A stretch of DNA of 63,998 nucleotides, filler included, from Sandaracinaceae bacterium (GCA_947483975.1; 11 parts of 11 records of this genome joined end to end with filler, not necessarily neighbours in it), one strand, 5' to 3'; positions 50,829-62,192 are shown, counted from the first letter of the whole stretch. The notes: a model not told the origin generated them from the sequence alone. Translations and numbers: made by a program.

Positions 50829-52006
50829 TGTGCCACCCAGCGCCGCCCGAGCGGCAGGGTTGCGGCCGCACCGGGCGCAGCCAGGACGGCCTCGCCCTCC
50901 GCGAGTCCCTCGAGAACCTCGACCTGGTCGTTTCCCGTGAGGCCGAACCGTGGACGGACCAGCGCGACTCTGCCGCCGCGATCGGCGTACACGAAGGCAC
51001 CCGTTGCGTCGTGGTGGACCATGCGGACCGGAACTCGTAGGGCACGGTCCCGGCGTCCGACTTCGACCCGCACGTCGGCGCGCTGGCCGATGGCAACGCG
51101 CCGCTCCAGTCGCTCGGGCGTGACCTCGACCAGAAGCTCGTGCGTCTGCCGGTCCGCCTCCCACGAGATTCTGCTTACGCGGCCCGCGACTGACGCAGCC
51201 GTGCCTGGAAAGAAGATCGCGGCGGGCTGATCCGCGGCGAGCAGCGGCAGCATCGTCTCGTCCACCGCGGCGTTGACGTACACGCGGTTCGTGTCGACGA
51301 TTCGCAACACGGTCGAGCCGATGGTGACCGTGTCGCCGGGCTCGCGCAGCCTGCGCGTCACGAGTCCATCGAAGGGTGCCAGCAGTGTGGCGCGCACCAT
51401 GGCGACCCGTCGCTGCTCGGCGCCGCCTGCCGCGACGTCGATGCCGCGTGTCGCCTCCGAACGCTGCGCGAGAACGCGATCGAGCTCGGCGCGAGCCACA
51501 CGGAGGCGGTCGCTCGTCTCATCGCGCTGCTGCCCCGGAACCGCCCCCGCGTTGAACAGCGCGAGCGTCCGCGTCGCCTCTCGTTCTGCGGTCGCGAGGA
51601 GCGCCCGCGCACGCTCCTCCTCCGCAGCAAGTCGCTGCAACGAGGCGCGCGCCGCACCGATGCCGGTCTGTGCGGAGCGCAGGTCAGCTTGGGCCTGATC
51701 CGTCTCGAGCCGCGCAAGTTCCTGGCCGAGGGTGACGCGGGCTCCTTCATCGACCAGAACCTCGCTGAGCCTTCCCACGAGGTCGAACCCCACGGCAGCT
51801 TCGCGCTGGCTCTCGATGGTCCCGCGTCCGAACGCTTCCTGCGTGATGGTGCCGCGATCGATCCGAGCGACCTCCACGCTGACGGGCGACCAGACGCGGA
51901 ACCACAAGACGAGCAGCACGACCCCGACGAGTACGACGACCCACAGGCCGCGGCGCACGATGCCGAGCGCTCGACGGAAGACGGTCGAAGCAGCCATGGG
52001 CCTCAC
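50825..52006 (-). CDS. Membrane fusion (periplasmic adaptor) protein
   Basis: N-terminal TM, VDEGARV..GQ.LARL, coiled coil, APFDG. Confidence 0.9.
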   Translation of the reverse strand: MRPMAASTVFRRALGIVRRGLWVVVLVGVVLLVLWFRVWSPVSVEVARIDRGTITQEAFGRGTIESQREAAVGFDLVGRLSEVLVDEGARVTLGQELARLETDQAQADLRSAQTGIGAARASLQRLAAEEERARALLATAEREATRTLALFNAGAVPGQQRDETSDRLRVARAELDRVLAQRSEATRGIDVAAGGAEQRRVAMVRATLLAPFDGLVTRRLREPGDTVTIGSTVLRIVDTNRVYVNAAVDETMLPLLAADQPAAIFFPGTAASVAGRVSRISWEADRQTHELLVEVTPERLERRVAIGQRADVRVEVGRRDRALRVPVRMVHHDATGAFVYADRGGRVALVRPRFGLTGNDQVEVLEGLAEGEAVLAAPGAAATLPLGRRWVAQ

Positions 52007-52551
52007 CGCGCGTCTCGCTCGCGAATGGGCGACTCCCCGCCCAGGAACGGCACCATCCGCCTGAGCACTCCACCTTTGCGAACCTGCTGGAGCATCACGC
52101 CACCCACGTGAAGGAGCACGAGGCCGAGCAGCGCGAACACGAGCGCCTCGTGCGCCTGACGGGACGCGAGCGCTTCCAACGCCGGAGCTTCATTGAGCTG
52201 CCCGCGCAGGTAGTCTGGCCACGCGCTTAGCGCTCCGGTGACGAATCCACTCGCGCCGATGGCGAAGGTCACCGCATAGAGGAGCGCGTGAATCACGCCG
52301 ACCCCTCGGCGGTGAAGCTCGGAGACAGGCAGCGGTGTCACTGCAGGCCCGCGGCGCCGGACGACGAGACGCGCGACGGTGAGCAGCATCAGCGTCGCCC
52401 CACCGAGCGTGTGCATCCGCGAGATGAGCAGCCGCCCGCTCGAGTCAGCCGGAAGGTCCGTCATGACGAACCCTGCCGTCGCCAGTCCGAAAATGAGTGC
52501 CGCGGCGAGCCAGTGGAGCGCGACGCTTGTGTTCGACCAACGCTCACGCAT
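52003..52551 (-). CDS. Cytochrome b561 family protein
   Basis: LHW, MHTLGG, IHALLY, AHE...LLHVGG; 4 TM. Confidence 0.88.
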   Translation of the reverse strand: MRERWSNTSVALHWLAAALIFGLATAGFVMTDLPADSSGRLLISRMHTLGGATLMLLTVARLVVRRRGPAVTPLPVSELHRRGVGVIHALLYAVTFAIGASGFVTGALSAWPDYLRGQLNEAPALEALASRQAHEALVFALLGLVLLHVGGVMLQQVRKGGVLRRMVPFLGGESPIRERDAR

Positions 52552-52969
52552 GGCGGCCTCCCTCGAACAAGCGGGGCAAGAGGAGCGCCTGCGCTACCCA
52601 GAACCCCGAGCGGAGGGTCATCGCGATCAGCGTCCGCGTCTCATGGGAACCGCCCGAGAGCACGTGAACCCCGAACGCCGCGAAGACGAGCAGCGTCGAT
52701 ATCGCGAGCCCTCGCGCCACCCAGATGCTCCACCTGCGACCGAGCAGCGTGGCGAGCCCTCCGGCGACGTAGGCGAACCCGGCGCCAAAGTTGAACATCA
52801 AAACGAACGGGACGACGTTCCCGGCCTCTGCTCGCGCGTCGGGCCCACCCCAAAGTACGTTCCCACCCTCGAGCAATGTGGCGACGCCGAATACGACGGC
52901 CAGGCCACCGAGGAGCCAGCGCCCAGCAGCGGGGCGCGACCTGGGTCGAGCGACAGTTGCGGTGCTCAT
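52544..52969 (-). CDS. 4-TM hypothetical membrane protein
   Basis: VPFVLMFNFGAGFAYV, AMTLRS; overlaps both neighbours. Confidence 0.8.
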   Translation of the reverse strand: MSTATVARPRSRPAAGRWLLGGLAVVFGVATLLEGGNVLWGGPDARAEAGNVVPFVLMFNFGAGFAYVAGGLATLLGRRWSIWVARGLAISTLLVFAAFGVHVLSGGSHETRTLIAMTLRSGFWVAQALLLPRLFEGGRHA

Positions 52970-53391
52970 GTTGCAGCCGTCCCGTCGCCCCAGTGCTTCA
53001 GCGCCAGCACGCCGGTGAGCACGACCGAGGCCGTCATCGCCACGGCGCCGAGCAGCACGAAGATCGGCGAGAGGCCGAGATACACCTCGCCGAGGATCCC
53101 GGTGGGCATGAGGAGCCCCGCGAGGCCGAGCCCCGCGGCCGCGTTGCGCGCCCTGTCACTCGCCGAAGCGAGACGCGCGAGCACGAACCCCAGCGCGAGG
53201 TTGAGCAGCGCGAAGAGGTTCCCGTGTACATGCGCGAGGCGCGCCTCGAAGTGCTTACCAACCGAGTAGCTGGCGACCCAGGCTTCCTTGTCTGGCGCGA
53301 AGTCACGCAGGTAGATGAGGAGGAACCCGTAGAGCATGAAGCCCGCCATCACGAGCAGGCCCACGCCGACGTTGTAGCGACCGGTCTTCAT
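52966..53391 (-). CDS. 4-TM membrane protein with HVH motif
   Basis: MKTGRYNVG...RLAHVHGNLFALLN; overlaps both neighbours. Confidence 0.8.
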   Translation of the reverse strand: MKTGRYNVGVGLLVMAGFMLYGFLLIYLRDFAPDKEAWVASYSVGKHFEARLAHVHGNLFALLNLALGFVLARLASASDRARNAAAGLGLAGLLMPTGILGEVYLGLSPIFVLLGAVAMTASVVLTGVLALKHWGDGTAAT

Positions 53392-53825
53392 TGGTGATGC
53401 TCCTCTCCGCGTCCGAGGTGATGAACGAGCAGCACGAGATCGGTCCCGGTGTCTGGCTCCACTGCGTGTGGGACGTTTGGCGCAAGGACGACCGCGTGCG
53501 TGGGATCGAGGCGCAGTCGCTCGGCCCCGGCCACCACGGTACCGCTGCCCTGAAGGGCCATGATCGTCACCGGCACCTCGGAGTGGTGTGTTGGCAGCAC
53601 GGTGCCACCCCGAAGCACGATGCTCGCGAGCTTCAAAGCGGGCTCGTCCACGAGCACCCGAACTTCGCGCGGCTCGCCCGCGCTCGGCGTGCCGGGGAGT
53701 TCGACGACGCGACTTGCTGGTCCACCGAGTGTCGCCGCGTGGTGTTGCGCCGCGGACTGCGTGGCACAGCCTCCAAGCGACAGCGCAGCGACCGCGAAGG
53801 TGGTGGTGAGAATCAAACGCTTCAT
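53388..53825 (-). CDS. Cupin-domain lipoprotein
   Basis: LGGC lipobox; LPTHHS...PNVPHAV; HH-rich C-terminus. Confidence 0.8.
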   Translation of the reverse strand: MKRLILTTTFAVAALSLGGCATQSAAQHHAATLGGPASRVVELPGTPSAGEPREVRVLVDEPALKLASIVLRGGTVLPTHHSEVPVTIMALQGSGTVVAGAERLRLDPTHAVVLAPNVPHAVEPDTGTDLVLLVHHLGRGEEHHQ

Positions 53826-54442
53826 GGGGACCTCTTTCTGCTCGACGTGGGAGCGACAGCGGGCGAACGGAGGAGCGCGAGCAGGCTGCCCAGAACTGCG
53901 CGCGCTTCGACATCTCGCTGCCGAGCCTTCGAGGGAGAGAGCGCCAGCATCTGCACCGTACCCATCACGATGGGGGCGAGCGTCTCTGCGGGCAGATCGG
54001 CGCGCAGATCTCCTGCGGCCTGGCCCTCGCGCACGCACTCGAGCACGAACGCGCGTGTTTTCTGTACGCAGGCCGCAAGGCGCGTGGAGCCGCTCTTTGG
54101 CAGCGCCAGGAGGAACTGCTCCGAGAGAACGAGCCGCAGGATACCGAGCTGATTACCTACGGCCGTGCTTCGGGCCTCGATGAAGCGTTCGAGGCGCTCG
54201 ACGGGGGGAAGCGTCGACGGTGGGTACGCGGACTCGAGAACGACTTCGACGCGCGCCACGACAGCGTCGAGCAGCGCTTCGAGCGATGCGAAGTGCCTGA
54301 AGATCGCACCGGTCGAGAGCCCGACCTGCGCCGCGAGGCTGCGGGTGCTCAAGGCCGCGATGCCCTTCGTCGCGATGATGTGCAGCGCGGCGTCGGTCAG
54401 CTCGAGCTGTCGATCTTCGGATGTGCGGCGAAGCGCTCCCAT
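53822..54442 (-). CDS. TetR/AcrR family transcriptional regulator
   Basis: HTH STRSLAAQVGLSTGAIFRHF. Confidence 0.92.
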   Translation of the reverse strand: MGALRRTSEDRQLELTDAALHIIATKGIAALSTRSLAAQVGLSTGAIFRHFASLEALLDAVVARVEVVLESAYPPSTLPPVERLERFIEARSTAVGNQLGILRLVLSEQFLLALPKSGSTRLAACVQKTRAFVLECVREGQAAGDLRADLPAETLAPIVMGTVQMLALSPSKARQRDVEARAVLGSLLALLRSPAVAPTSSRKRSP

Positions 54443-54451
54443 GCACAGGAT

Positions 54452-54465
54452 AGTAAGCACTTACT
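54452..54465. promoter_or_regulatory. Palindromic operator, probably TetR autoregulatory
   Basis: AGTAAG-CA-CTTACT, ~10 nt upstream of the tetR start. Confidence 0.6.
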
Positions 54466-54797
54466 TGCTTCCGCGCAAGCGGGTGCGCGCAAGCACCGGG
54501 ATCTCCGCCGTATTTTGGTGCGCGCTGGGGGTGCAACAGAAGTGGTTAGGGGATGGGGGAGAGGGATCCCGGAACCGGGCTGCTTTCCCACCCTGGCTTC
54601 CACCATCCCCTCACGCCCGACGCTGCCTCCTGTGCTCGCGGATGAACCGCGGGCCGCGAGGAGAGCAGCCATGCGTACCACGTCCACCAACACCACNNNN
54701 NNNNNNNNNNNNNNNNNNNNNNNNNNNNNNNNNNNNNNNNTTAATTAATTAANNNNNNNNNNNNNNNNNNNNNNNNNNNNNNNNNNNNNNNNNNNNC

Positions 54798-55700
54798 TCC
54801 GATCGCCTCGTCATCTACCTCGAGGGCGGCGGCGCCTGCTTCAACGAGGTCACCTGCGCGACGGTGGCGAACCCCGACGGCTTCAGCCGCTCGAGCTTCG
54901 CGGGCGGGCCGAACGGCGGCATCTTCCGCCGCAGCGACGCGACGAATCCCTTCCGCGACTGGAACCTGGTCTATGTGCCGTATTGCACTGGCGACATCTT
55001 CGCCGGGAACAACCCGCTTCCGCAGACGATCGGCGGAATTGAGAAGGTGTTCGTCGGCTACGTCAACATGGGGCAATTCCTCGATCGCGTGGTGCCGACT
55101 TTCCCCTCCGCGTCGATGGTCGTGCTGACGGGCGAGAGCGCCGGCGGCTTCGGCTCTTCATACAACTACGAGCGCACGCAGCGGGCTTTCGGCGACGTCC
55201 CCGTGCACCTGCTCGACGACTCCGGGCCGATCATGTCCCCGACGTACCTGCACGAGTGTATGCAGGACATCCTGCGCGACACCTGGAACCTGAATGCCAC
55301 GCTGCCGACGGAGTGCACGGACTGCTTCACGCGCGGCACGGGGTTGTCTGCGGCGCTGCCTTGGGTGATCGCGCAACACCCGGACCGCCGCTTCGCCCTG
55401 ATCTCTTCGACCCGCGACTCGGTCATCCGCTTCTTCATGGGCTTTGGGATGAGCGCCGACTGCAGCCTCGCCGACAACTTCCCGAGCGGGCAATACACCG
55501 CGGGCTTGCTCGAGCTACGCGACGTGACGCTCGGCGGCGCGAGCAACTTCCACACTTGGTACATCGACGCAGGCGATCACACCTGGCTCAACCGCGCGCC
55601 CGCCGACTACATCCCTCCGGGTACGCCGCCCGTGCCGCTGCGCGACTTCGTGCAGCAGTTCATCGATGGTGACGCCGCGTGGTCCAACGTCGGCCCCTGA
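54798..55700 (+). CDS. Pectinacetylesterase-family hydrolase, 5' truncated
   Basis: [25 protein letters not shown]. Confidence 0.85.
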   Translation, partial: SDRLVIYLEGGGACFNEVTCATVANPDGFSRSSFAGGPNGGIFRRSDATNPFRDWNLVYVPYCTGDIFAGNNPLPQTIGGIEKVFVGYVNMGQFLDRVVPTFPSASMVVLTGESAGGFGSSYNYERTQRAFGDVPVHLLDDSGPIMSPTYLHECMQDILRDTWNLNATLPTECTDCFTRGTGLSAALPWVIAQHPDRRFALISSTRDSVIRFFMGFGMSADCSLADNFPSGQYTAGLLELRDVTLGGASNFHTWYIDAGDHTWLNRAPADYIPPGTPPVPLRDFVQQFIDGDAAWSNVGP

Positions 55701-55726
55701 CTCCCACCCACAGAACGGGCGCACTC

Positions 55727-56536
55727 ATGCTCACCGACGGCTCTCCCTTCCTCTGTCTACTGCCCCTCTTCGCGTTGGTCGTGCTCCTCGGGATGCGCGG
55801 CTTTCGCACGGTGCAGCAGTACCAAGTGGGTGTCCTGTTTCGCTTCGGGCGCGTCATCGGGACGCGTGAACCGGGGCTGACCTGGGTGATTCCGGGCGTC
55901 GATCAGCTCCGCAAGGTCACGACTCAGATCGTCACTCTGCCGATTCCGTCGCAGAAGCTCATCACGCGCGACAACGTGTCGATCGACGTCGCGGCGGTCG
56001 CGTACTTCCGCGTGACAGACCCGGTCAAGAGCCTAGTCGCGATTCAAGACCTGGTGTCGGCGGTCGGACAGATCGCGCAGACGACGGTGCGCAACACCAT
56101 CGGTCAGTTCACGCTCGATCACGTGCTCAGCGACATGGTGACCATCAACAGTCGCCTCAAAGAGAGCATCGACGTGCAGACCGAGGTCTGGGGCGCCGTC
56201 GTGACGCTCGTGGAGCTCAAGGACATCACGCTCCCGGACAGCATGCAGCGCGCGATGGCGAAGGAGGCCGAGGCCGAGCGCGAGAAGCGCGCGAAGGTGA
56301 TCGCGGCGGAGGGCGAGTTCCTCGCCGCCGAGCGCCTCGGGCAGGCCGCCGACATCATGCAGGCGCACCCGATCGCGCTGCAGCTGCGCAACCTGCAGAC
56401 GCTCCTCGAGATCTCGGTGGAGAAGAACTCGACCATCATCTTCCCGAGCAATTTCTTCACCTCCATCGCCGACGTGCAGCGCTTCATGGGCTCGGAGCGC
56501 GCGAGCGGCGACGTCGCGCCGCGCATCGAGAAGTGA
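55727..56536 (+). CDS. SPFH/stomatin (slipin) family protein
   Basis: [27 protein letters not shown]. Confidence 0.92.
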   Translation: MLTDGSPFLCLLPLFALVVLLGMRGFRTVQQYQVGVLFRFGRVIGTREPGLTWVIPGVDQLRKVTTQIVTLPIPSQKLITRDNVSIDVAAVAYFRVTDPVKSLVAIQDLVSAVGQIAQTTVRNTIGQFTLDHVLSDMVTINSRLKESIDVQTEVWGAVVTLVELKDITLPDSMQRAMAKEAEAEREKRAKVIAAEGEFLAAERLGQAADIMQAHPIALQLRNLQTLLEISVEKNSTIIFPSNFFTSIADVQRFMGSERASGDVAPRIEK

Positions 56537-56543
56537 CGCGACC

Positions 56544-56840
56544 ATGAGTGACGCCGAGGAGACGCGCGTCGAGCGCGACGACGAGACACACGACGACGGC
56601 GACGAGGGCACTGCGGGGGTCGTCGTGCCGTGGGAGCGGCTCAGCCCGGCGGCGCTGCGCGGCGTGATCGAGGAGTTCATCACGCGCGAGGGCACGGAGT
56701 ACGGCGCGGACGACGTCGCCCTCGAGCGCAAGCTCGCGCAGGTGCAGCGGCAGCTCGAGAGCGCGGAGGTCGTCGTGCTCTTCGACGCGCGCGCGGAGAC
56801 GGTGAACTTGGTGCGTGCGGCGGAGTTGCCGAAGCCCTAG
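56544..56840 (+). CDS. YheU family protein
   Basis: PWERLS...IEEFITREGTEYG. Confidence 0.85.
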   Translation: MSDAEETRVERDDETHDDGDEGTAGVVVPWERLSPAALRGVIEEFITREGTEYGADDVALERKLAQVQRQLESAEVVVLFDARAETVNLVRAAELPKP

Positions 56841-56850
56841 GTTCGCGCGA

Positions 56851-57756
56851 ATGGCTTCCGCTGGACACGAGACGGTCTTGAAGATGCTCAAGGCGGCGCT
56901 GCCGCCCGGGCGCGCGATGCCGACGCCGAAGCAGGTGCGCGCGCTCCTCGACGCGCTCGGTGCGCCGGCGCCGCGCGGCGTCGCGGTGCGCAAGCTCGAG
57001 GTCGGTGGGCTCGAGGCAGAGTGGCTCGTGCCCGACGGCGCGCCGAGCGACGCGCGCATCGTGTACCTGCATGGAGGCGGCTACGTCGCGGGGTCGCGCG
57101 TCTCGCATCGCAGCCTCGTCGGGCGCATCGCGCGCGCGGCGCGGCTCCCCGCGCTGCTCGTCGACTATCGCCTCGCGCCGGAGCATCCGTTTCCTGCCGC
57201 GCTCGAGGACGCGCTCGACACGCTGCGCTTCGCGCACGAGCACGCGCCGGATGGTGCGCGCAGCGAGGCGAGGCGGCTGTTTCTGTGCGGCGACTCGGCG
57301 GGCGGGGGGCTCGCGCTCTCTGCGGCGCTCGTCGCGCGCGACGAGGGCGAGGTGCCGATTCACGCGATCGCGACGATGAGCGCGTGGACGGATCTCGCGG
57401 TGACGGGGCAGAGCGTGACGACGCGCGCGGGGCTCGATCCGTACTTGGCGGCGGAGCACTTGGTGCCCGGCGCGAGCCTCTACATCGGCGACGCGGACCC
57501 GCGCGATCCACGCCTCTCGCCGCTCTACGGCGACCTCAGGGGCTTGCCACCGCTGCTGATGCACGTCGGCGATCACGAGGTCTTGCTCGACGACACGCTG
57601 CGCTTCGCAGAGAAGGCGCGCGCCGCGGGAGTCGACGTGATCGCGGAGGTCTGGCCCGAGATGTTCCACGTCTGGCACGCGTTCTACGGCGCGCTCGACG
57701 AGGCGCGGGACGCCGTCGGCAAGCTCGGCGAGTTCTTCGGGCATCGTGCGCTCTGA
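56851..57756 (+). CDS. HSL-family alpha/beta hydrolase
   Basis: HGGG, DYRLAPEHPFP, GDSAGG, MFHVW. Confidence 0.92.
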   Translation: MASAGHETVLKMLKAALPPGRAMPTPKQVRALLDALGAPAPRGVAVRKLEVGGLEAEWLVPDGAPSDARIVYLHGGGYVAGSRVSHRSLVGRIARAARLPALLVDYRLAPEHPFPAALEDALDTLRFAHEHAPDGARSEARRLFLCGDSAGGGLALSAALVARDEGEVPIHAIATMSAWTDLAVTGQSVTTRAGLDPYLAAEHLVPGASLYIGDADPRDPRLSPLYGDLRGLPPLLMHVGDHEVLLDDTLRFAEKARAAGVDVIAEVWPEMFHVWHAFYGALDEARDAVGKLGEFFGHRAL

Positions 57757-57813
57757 GCGTGGCCGTCGGAGCCCGACTGCCGCGTTCGGCGGGGCACTGC
57801 GCGCGCGACGCGC

Positions 57814-59892
57814 CTACGGCGCCGGAGCGAGGGCCGCGTCGAGCACGACGATCGCCGAGGTGCGCTCGCCGAGGCCGTAGCGGTCTCGGGCGGAGGCCCG
57901 AGAGAAGACCGCCCAGAGGCAGCGCCCCACCGCCGCGTCGTTCGGCGGTTCGTCGTCGGCCACTCCGGTGTGGACGCGGCCTGCCTGGAGGAAGAGTCGC
58001 ACGGTCGCCGTCGTGGCTAGGCCGCGCACGCGACACGACTCGAACGCGGGTCGCGCGCTGTTGAGCGTCTGGTCGAAGAGCGCCCACTCGATGTCGTCGG
58101 CACCGATGGGAGTGCGGAACCCGATGCTGACGCCCGCGGCCCCCGGCGTCGGCACGTCGATCATGCCCGCGGAGGGCGCCGCGTCGAAGTGCGCGTTGAG
58201 AAAGAGCGTCCCTCCCGCACCGTGACCGAAGCGCGCGCCGACAGCCGCCTCGGAGAGGCGCGCCCAGAGGCAGCGGCTCGCCGCGGCGTCGTGCGGCTCG
58301 GTCGCTGTAGGAGTGCCGCCGTTCATGTAGCCGGTCTCGGGCTCCACTGTGACGAACAGGCTCGCGTGCGTCGCGCGACCCGGCGCTCGGCAGCGCTGAA
58401 AGCTCGGCAGCGCGCGGGCGACGACCGCATCGAAGGCGACGAGGTCGATCTCCGCGGAGTGCTCGGGATGCGGCGCGTCGACGCGCACTCCCGAGGTCGA
58501 AGGGGCTGCGGTGTCAGCGCGGAGCGGCCCCTCGACCGGCGAGCGCGGGGACTCTGCTTTGGGCGTGGTCGCCGAGGGAAACGCGGGCGCGGCGCCGAAG
58601 GGAATGCTCAGCGGCGGGGGCGGCTCCTCGGCGCTCGCAGGCTCCTCCGCGAAGGCATCGAGGACGTAGAGGCCCGCGACGATCCCGACCGCCGCGAGGA
58701 AGCCGACGACCACGAGCGACACCAGGGCGGCGATCCAAACACCGCGATGGCGGAGGGGGGCTCGAGGAGCTGGCGAAACGGGAGACTCCTGCGATGCGGG
58801 AATCACCGGAAGCGCTGGAAGCGCGGCCGCTGGCGTGGACTGCGCGGGGCGCTGCGCGTTCGCGCCGCGGCGGGCGGCGAGCGTCTTCGGCTGCGCGGCT
58901 CTCGGGATGAACGTCAGCGTCTGCTCGAGCGCGGGCAAGACGCGCGTCACCGCCGAGGAATCTGGGTCGGCGTCGAGGAGCGCGCGCGCGAAGGCGCCCG
59001 CGTCTTGGAAGCGCTCGTCCGGGTCCACCGAGAGCCCGCGCGCGACCGCCTCGATGAGCGCGGGCGGGAGCGGACCATGAGGAGACGTGACGACGTTCGC
59101 GGGGTCGCGGCGCAGGACGGCGGCGAGCCAGTCGCCGACGGGGATCTGCCCGTAGGGACGCTCGCCCGTGAGCATCGCGAAGAGCGTCACCGCCACGGCG
59201 TAGAGGTCCGCGCGCGCGTCGGCGCGCTTCGAGTCGATGACCTGCTCGGGGGCCATGAAATGCGGCGTGCCGAGCTGCGTGCCGGTGCGCGTCAGGCGTC
59301 GCGCGGGCTCTGCGATCAGCAGCCGACCGATGCCGAAGTCGAGGATCTTCACGAGGGACTGCGGCGCGTCTGGCGCGTCCGCGAGGAAGATGTTCGCGGG
59401 CTTGATGTCCCGATGGATCACGCCCGCGGCGTGCGCGACGGCGAGCCCGTCGAGCAGCTGCACCGTGAGGTCGACGGCGCGCGAGGGCAGGAAGGGGCCC
59501 TCGCGCAGCGCGTTCGCGAGGGTGTCGCCGGCGAGCAGCTCGAGCGCGACGTACACGGTGCGCCCGGTGAAGGACGCCTCGAGCACGCGGACGATGTGCG
59601 GGTTGCCCGCGCGCACCGTGACCTCCGCCTCGCGCACGAAGCGGCTGAGCAGGTCCTCGTCGGTGACGAGCTCCGCGTGCAGCAGCTTGAGCGCCACTCG
59701 CACGCCAGTGCGCTCATCCACGGCGACGTGCACGACACCGAAGCCGCCGGCGCCGAGCAGCTTGCCGACGCGATACGGCCCCACGAGCGAGCCGAACGGG
59801 CCCTCCCCGACGGCGCGCTTGGTCCGCGGGCAGAGCGCCTCCGTCGCGAAGTGCTGCCCGCCACAGCCGAGACAGCTCGCGGCAGACGACAT
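57814..59892 (-). CDS. Membrane Ser/Thr protein kinase
   Basis: N-terminal CxxC..H..C; GAGGFG, HRDIKPAN, DFG, MAPE; TM; two repeated Cys-paired C-terminal domains. Confidence 0.92.
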   Translation of the reverse strand: MSSAASCLGCGGQHFATEALCPRTKRAVGEGPFGSLVGPYRVGKLLGAGGFGVVHVAVDERTGVRVALKLLHAELVTDEDLLSRFVREAEVTVRAGNPHIVRVLEASFTGRTVYVALELLAGDTLANALREGPFLPSRAVDLTVQLLDGLAVAHAAGVIHRDIKPANIFLADAPDAPQSLVKILDFGIGRLLIAEPARRLTRTGTQLGTPHFMAPEQVIDSKRADARADLYAVAVTLFAMLTGERPYGQIPVGDWLAAVLRRDPANVVTSPHGPLPPALIEAVARGLSVDPDERFQDAGAFARALLDADPDSSAVTRVLPALEQTLTFIPRAAQPKTLAARRGANAQRPAQSTPAAALPALPVIPASQESPVSPAPRAPLRHRGVWIAALVSLVVVGFLAAVGIVAGLYVLDAFAEEPASAEEPPPPLSIPFGAAPAFPSATTPKAESPRSPVEGPLRADTAAPSTSGVRVDAPHPEHSAEIDLVAFDAVVARALPSFQRCRAPGRATHASLFVTVEPETGYMNGGTPTATEPHDAAASRCLWARLSEAAVGARFGHGAGGTLFLNAHFDAAPSAGMIDVPTPGAAGVSIGFRTPIGADDIEWALFDQTLNSARPAFESCRVRGLATTATVRLFLQAGRVHTGVADDEPPNDAAVGRCLWAVFSRASARDRYGLGERTSAIVVLDAALAPAP

Positions 59893-59992
59893 GCGGCATC
59901 GTATTCGGAGGAGGTCCGACGACTCAAGCCTCGTCGTCAGCCGCGCGCCGAGCGCTAGCCACCGTGCCGTCTCTTCTGTAGAACGAGGGTCC

Positions 59993-60724
59993 GTGCCCAG
60001 CGCCCCTTCCGTCGAGAACCTGCCTGACGAGTCCCTGCGCTTCGCGAAGTACGAGGGGCTCGGCAACGACTTCATCGTCCTCGACGCCGAGACGCCCGAC
60101 GCGCTCGACGCGAGCCTCGCGGCGCCCGCGGTCGTCGCCGCGCTCTGCGATCGGCACCGCGGGATCGGCGCGGACGGAGTGCTGCTCGCGGGCGTGCGCG
60201 ACGGCGTCCCGTTCATGCGCGTGCTGAACGCCGACGGCAGCGAGCCAGAGATGTGCGGCAATGGGCTGCGCTGCGTCGCGCTGCACCTCGCGCGCACGGG
60301 GAGGCTCGCGGGGCGCATGGGCGAGCTCACGTTCGACACGGGCGCGGGGCCGCACGGCGTGTGGGTGCGCGAGGCGGGCGAGGCGGGCGTCATCGAGGTG
60401 CAGATGCGCGCGCCGTCGCTCGCGCCGCGCGAGGTGCCGGTGCTCGCGGACGCGCCGCTCGTCGAGGGGCCGTTCACCGTCGACGGGCGCGTGCTGCGCG
60501 TCACCGCGGTGTCGATGGGCAACCCGCACGTCGTGATCTTCGGCGCGCTGACGGACGAGCTTCGCCTCGCGCTCGGGCCGCTGCTCGCGGTCGACCCGCG
60601 CTTCCCGGAGGGCGTGAACGTCGGGTTCGCGACGCTCGCGGACGACGGGCTGCGGCTGCGCGTCTTCGAGCGCGGCGTCGGCTGGACGCAAGCGTGCGGC
60701 ACGGGCGCGTGCGCTGCGGCGGTC
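59993..60724 (+). CDS. dapF: Diaminopimelate epimerase, 3' truncated
   Basis: KYEGLGNDF, GIGADG, EMCGNG, SMGNPH, ERGVG.T.ACGTG; start uncertain. Confidence 0.93.
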
Positions 60725-60824
60725 NNNNNNNNNNNNNNNNNNNNNNNNNNNNNNNNNNNNNNNNNNNNTTAATTAATTAANNNNNNNNNNNNNNNNNNNN
60801 NNNNNNNNNNNNNNNNNNNNNNNN

Positions 60825-62192
60825 CGAGCGCCGTACGACGCTCGGCGCGTCGTCGCTGAACTCGTACGGGGCCGGCGCAGGCGCGCCGGGCTGCGCGGCG
60901 GGCGGGCTCGCGAGGGACGGCAGCGCGCCCGAGAGCGTCGTCATCCGCTCGGCCTCCGCCGCGAGATACTGGTCGTTGGTCGCCGCCGCGCGATTGCGCG
61001 CCTCGGTCGCCGCGCTGTCGAGCGACGCGCGCGCCGCCTCGAGCTCCCCGCCGCGCGCGAGGGCGATCGCCTGGATCTGCGTCGCGGCGGCCATCATCCG
61101 CGCCGCGTCGCGCTCGACCTCCTCGTTGCGCCCAGTGGTGAGCTCCGCATCGCTCGCGGTGGACTTCGCGCCGAGGAACACGCGCCGCTCGAGCCGACCT
61201 GCGCCGACGACCGCGTCATCGAAGCTCATCACGGCGTCGATCAGCTCGACGTTCGCGCCCGCGCGGCGCCCCTCGGCGGTCAGCCGCACGAGCAGGTCGC
61301 GGGTGTCGCCCTCGCTGACGTCGCCGAGCGACACGCTGACGCTGCCGTTGCTCTGCGAGATGACCTGCCCGACGACGCTGTCGATGCGCACGCCGGGGCC
61401 CGGCGTCAGCGTCACGACCGCGTTGCGGCCCACGACGCGCTGCAGGCGCAGGACCTCGTCGCGGAACACCGACGCGACCGCGCTGCTGTTCTCGATGTAG
61501 TGGAAGTGCCCGCCCGAGAGCTGCGCGATCTGCCCCATGATCGTCTCGTCGTAGTCGACCCCGAGGCCGAGCGAGGTGATCGCGATGTGATGCTCCCCGG
61601 CCGCCTGCGCGAGCGCGGCGATCGGCCCGGCGTCGTTCGGCACGCCATCGCCGAGCAGGACCAGGCGGTTGACGCCGCCCTCTTGGAAGTTGCGCAGCAG
61701 CTCCTCGAGGCCGACGCGCAGGCCGTTCGCCATATCCGTCGTGCCGCGCGCCTCCATGCCGCCGAGCTTCCTGCGGGCGTCGGCGCGCGTCTCGTCGTCG
61801 AGCACGACGCTCGGCACCAGCAGCTGCGTCTGCGAGTGAAAGACGACGACCGCGAGCCGGTCGCCGTCCGCGAGCTGCTCGAGGAGCGCGAGGCTCGCCG
61901 TCCGCGCGTCGGCGATCGCGCGCCCGTCCATCGAGCCCGAGGTGTCGACGACGAGCGCGAGGTTGATCGCCGGGCGCGCGAGGTTCGTCAGCGGGTGCGT
62001 CGCGATCCGCAGCCGCGAGAGCACCGTGCTCGCCTGCCCCGAGGCGACGAAGTGATTGCCGAGCGCGCCCTCCATCACGATCGCCCCAGGGTCCGGGACC
62101 GGCGTCGCGACGCCCGAGCCTCCGCACGCGCTGAGCGCGAACACCACAGCCGCCACGGCCCACGAAACTCTCCCCCCACGTGCAGCGCCCAT
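60825..62192 (-). CDS. VWA-domain lipoprotein (YfbK-like), 3' truncated
   Basis: AGGAGG RBS; LSAC lipobox; VVDTSGSM; LLGDG. Confidence 0.88.
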
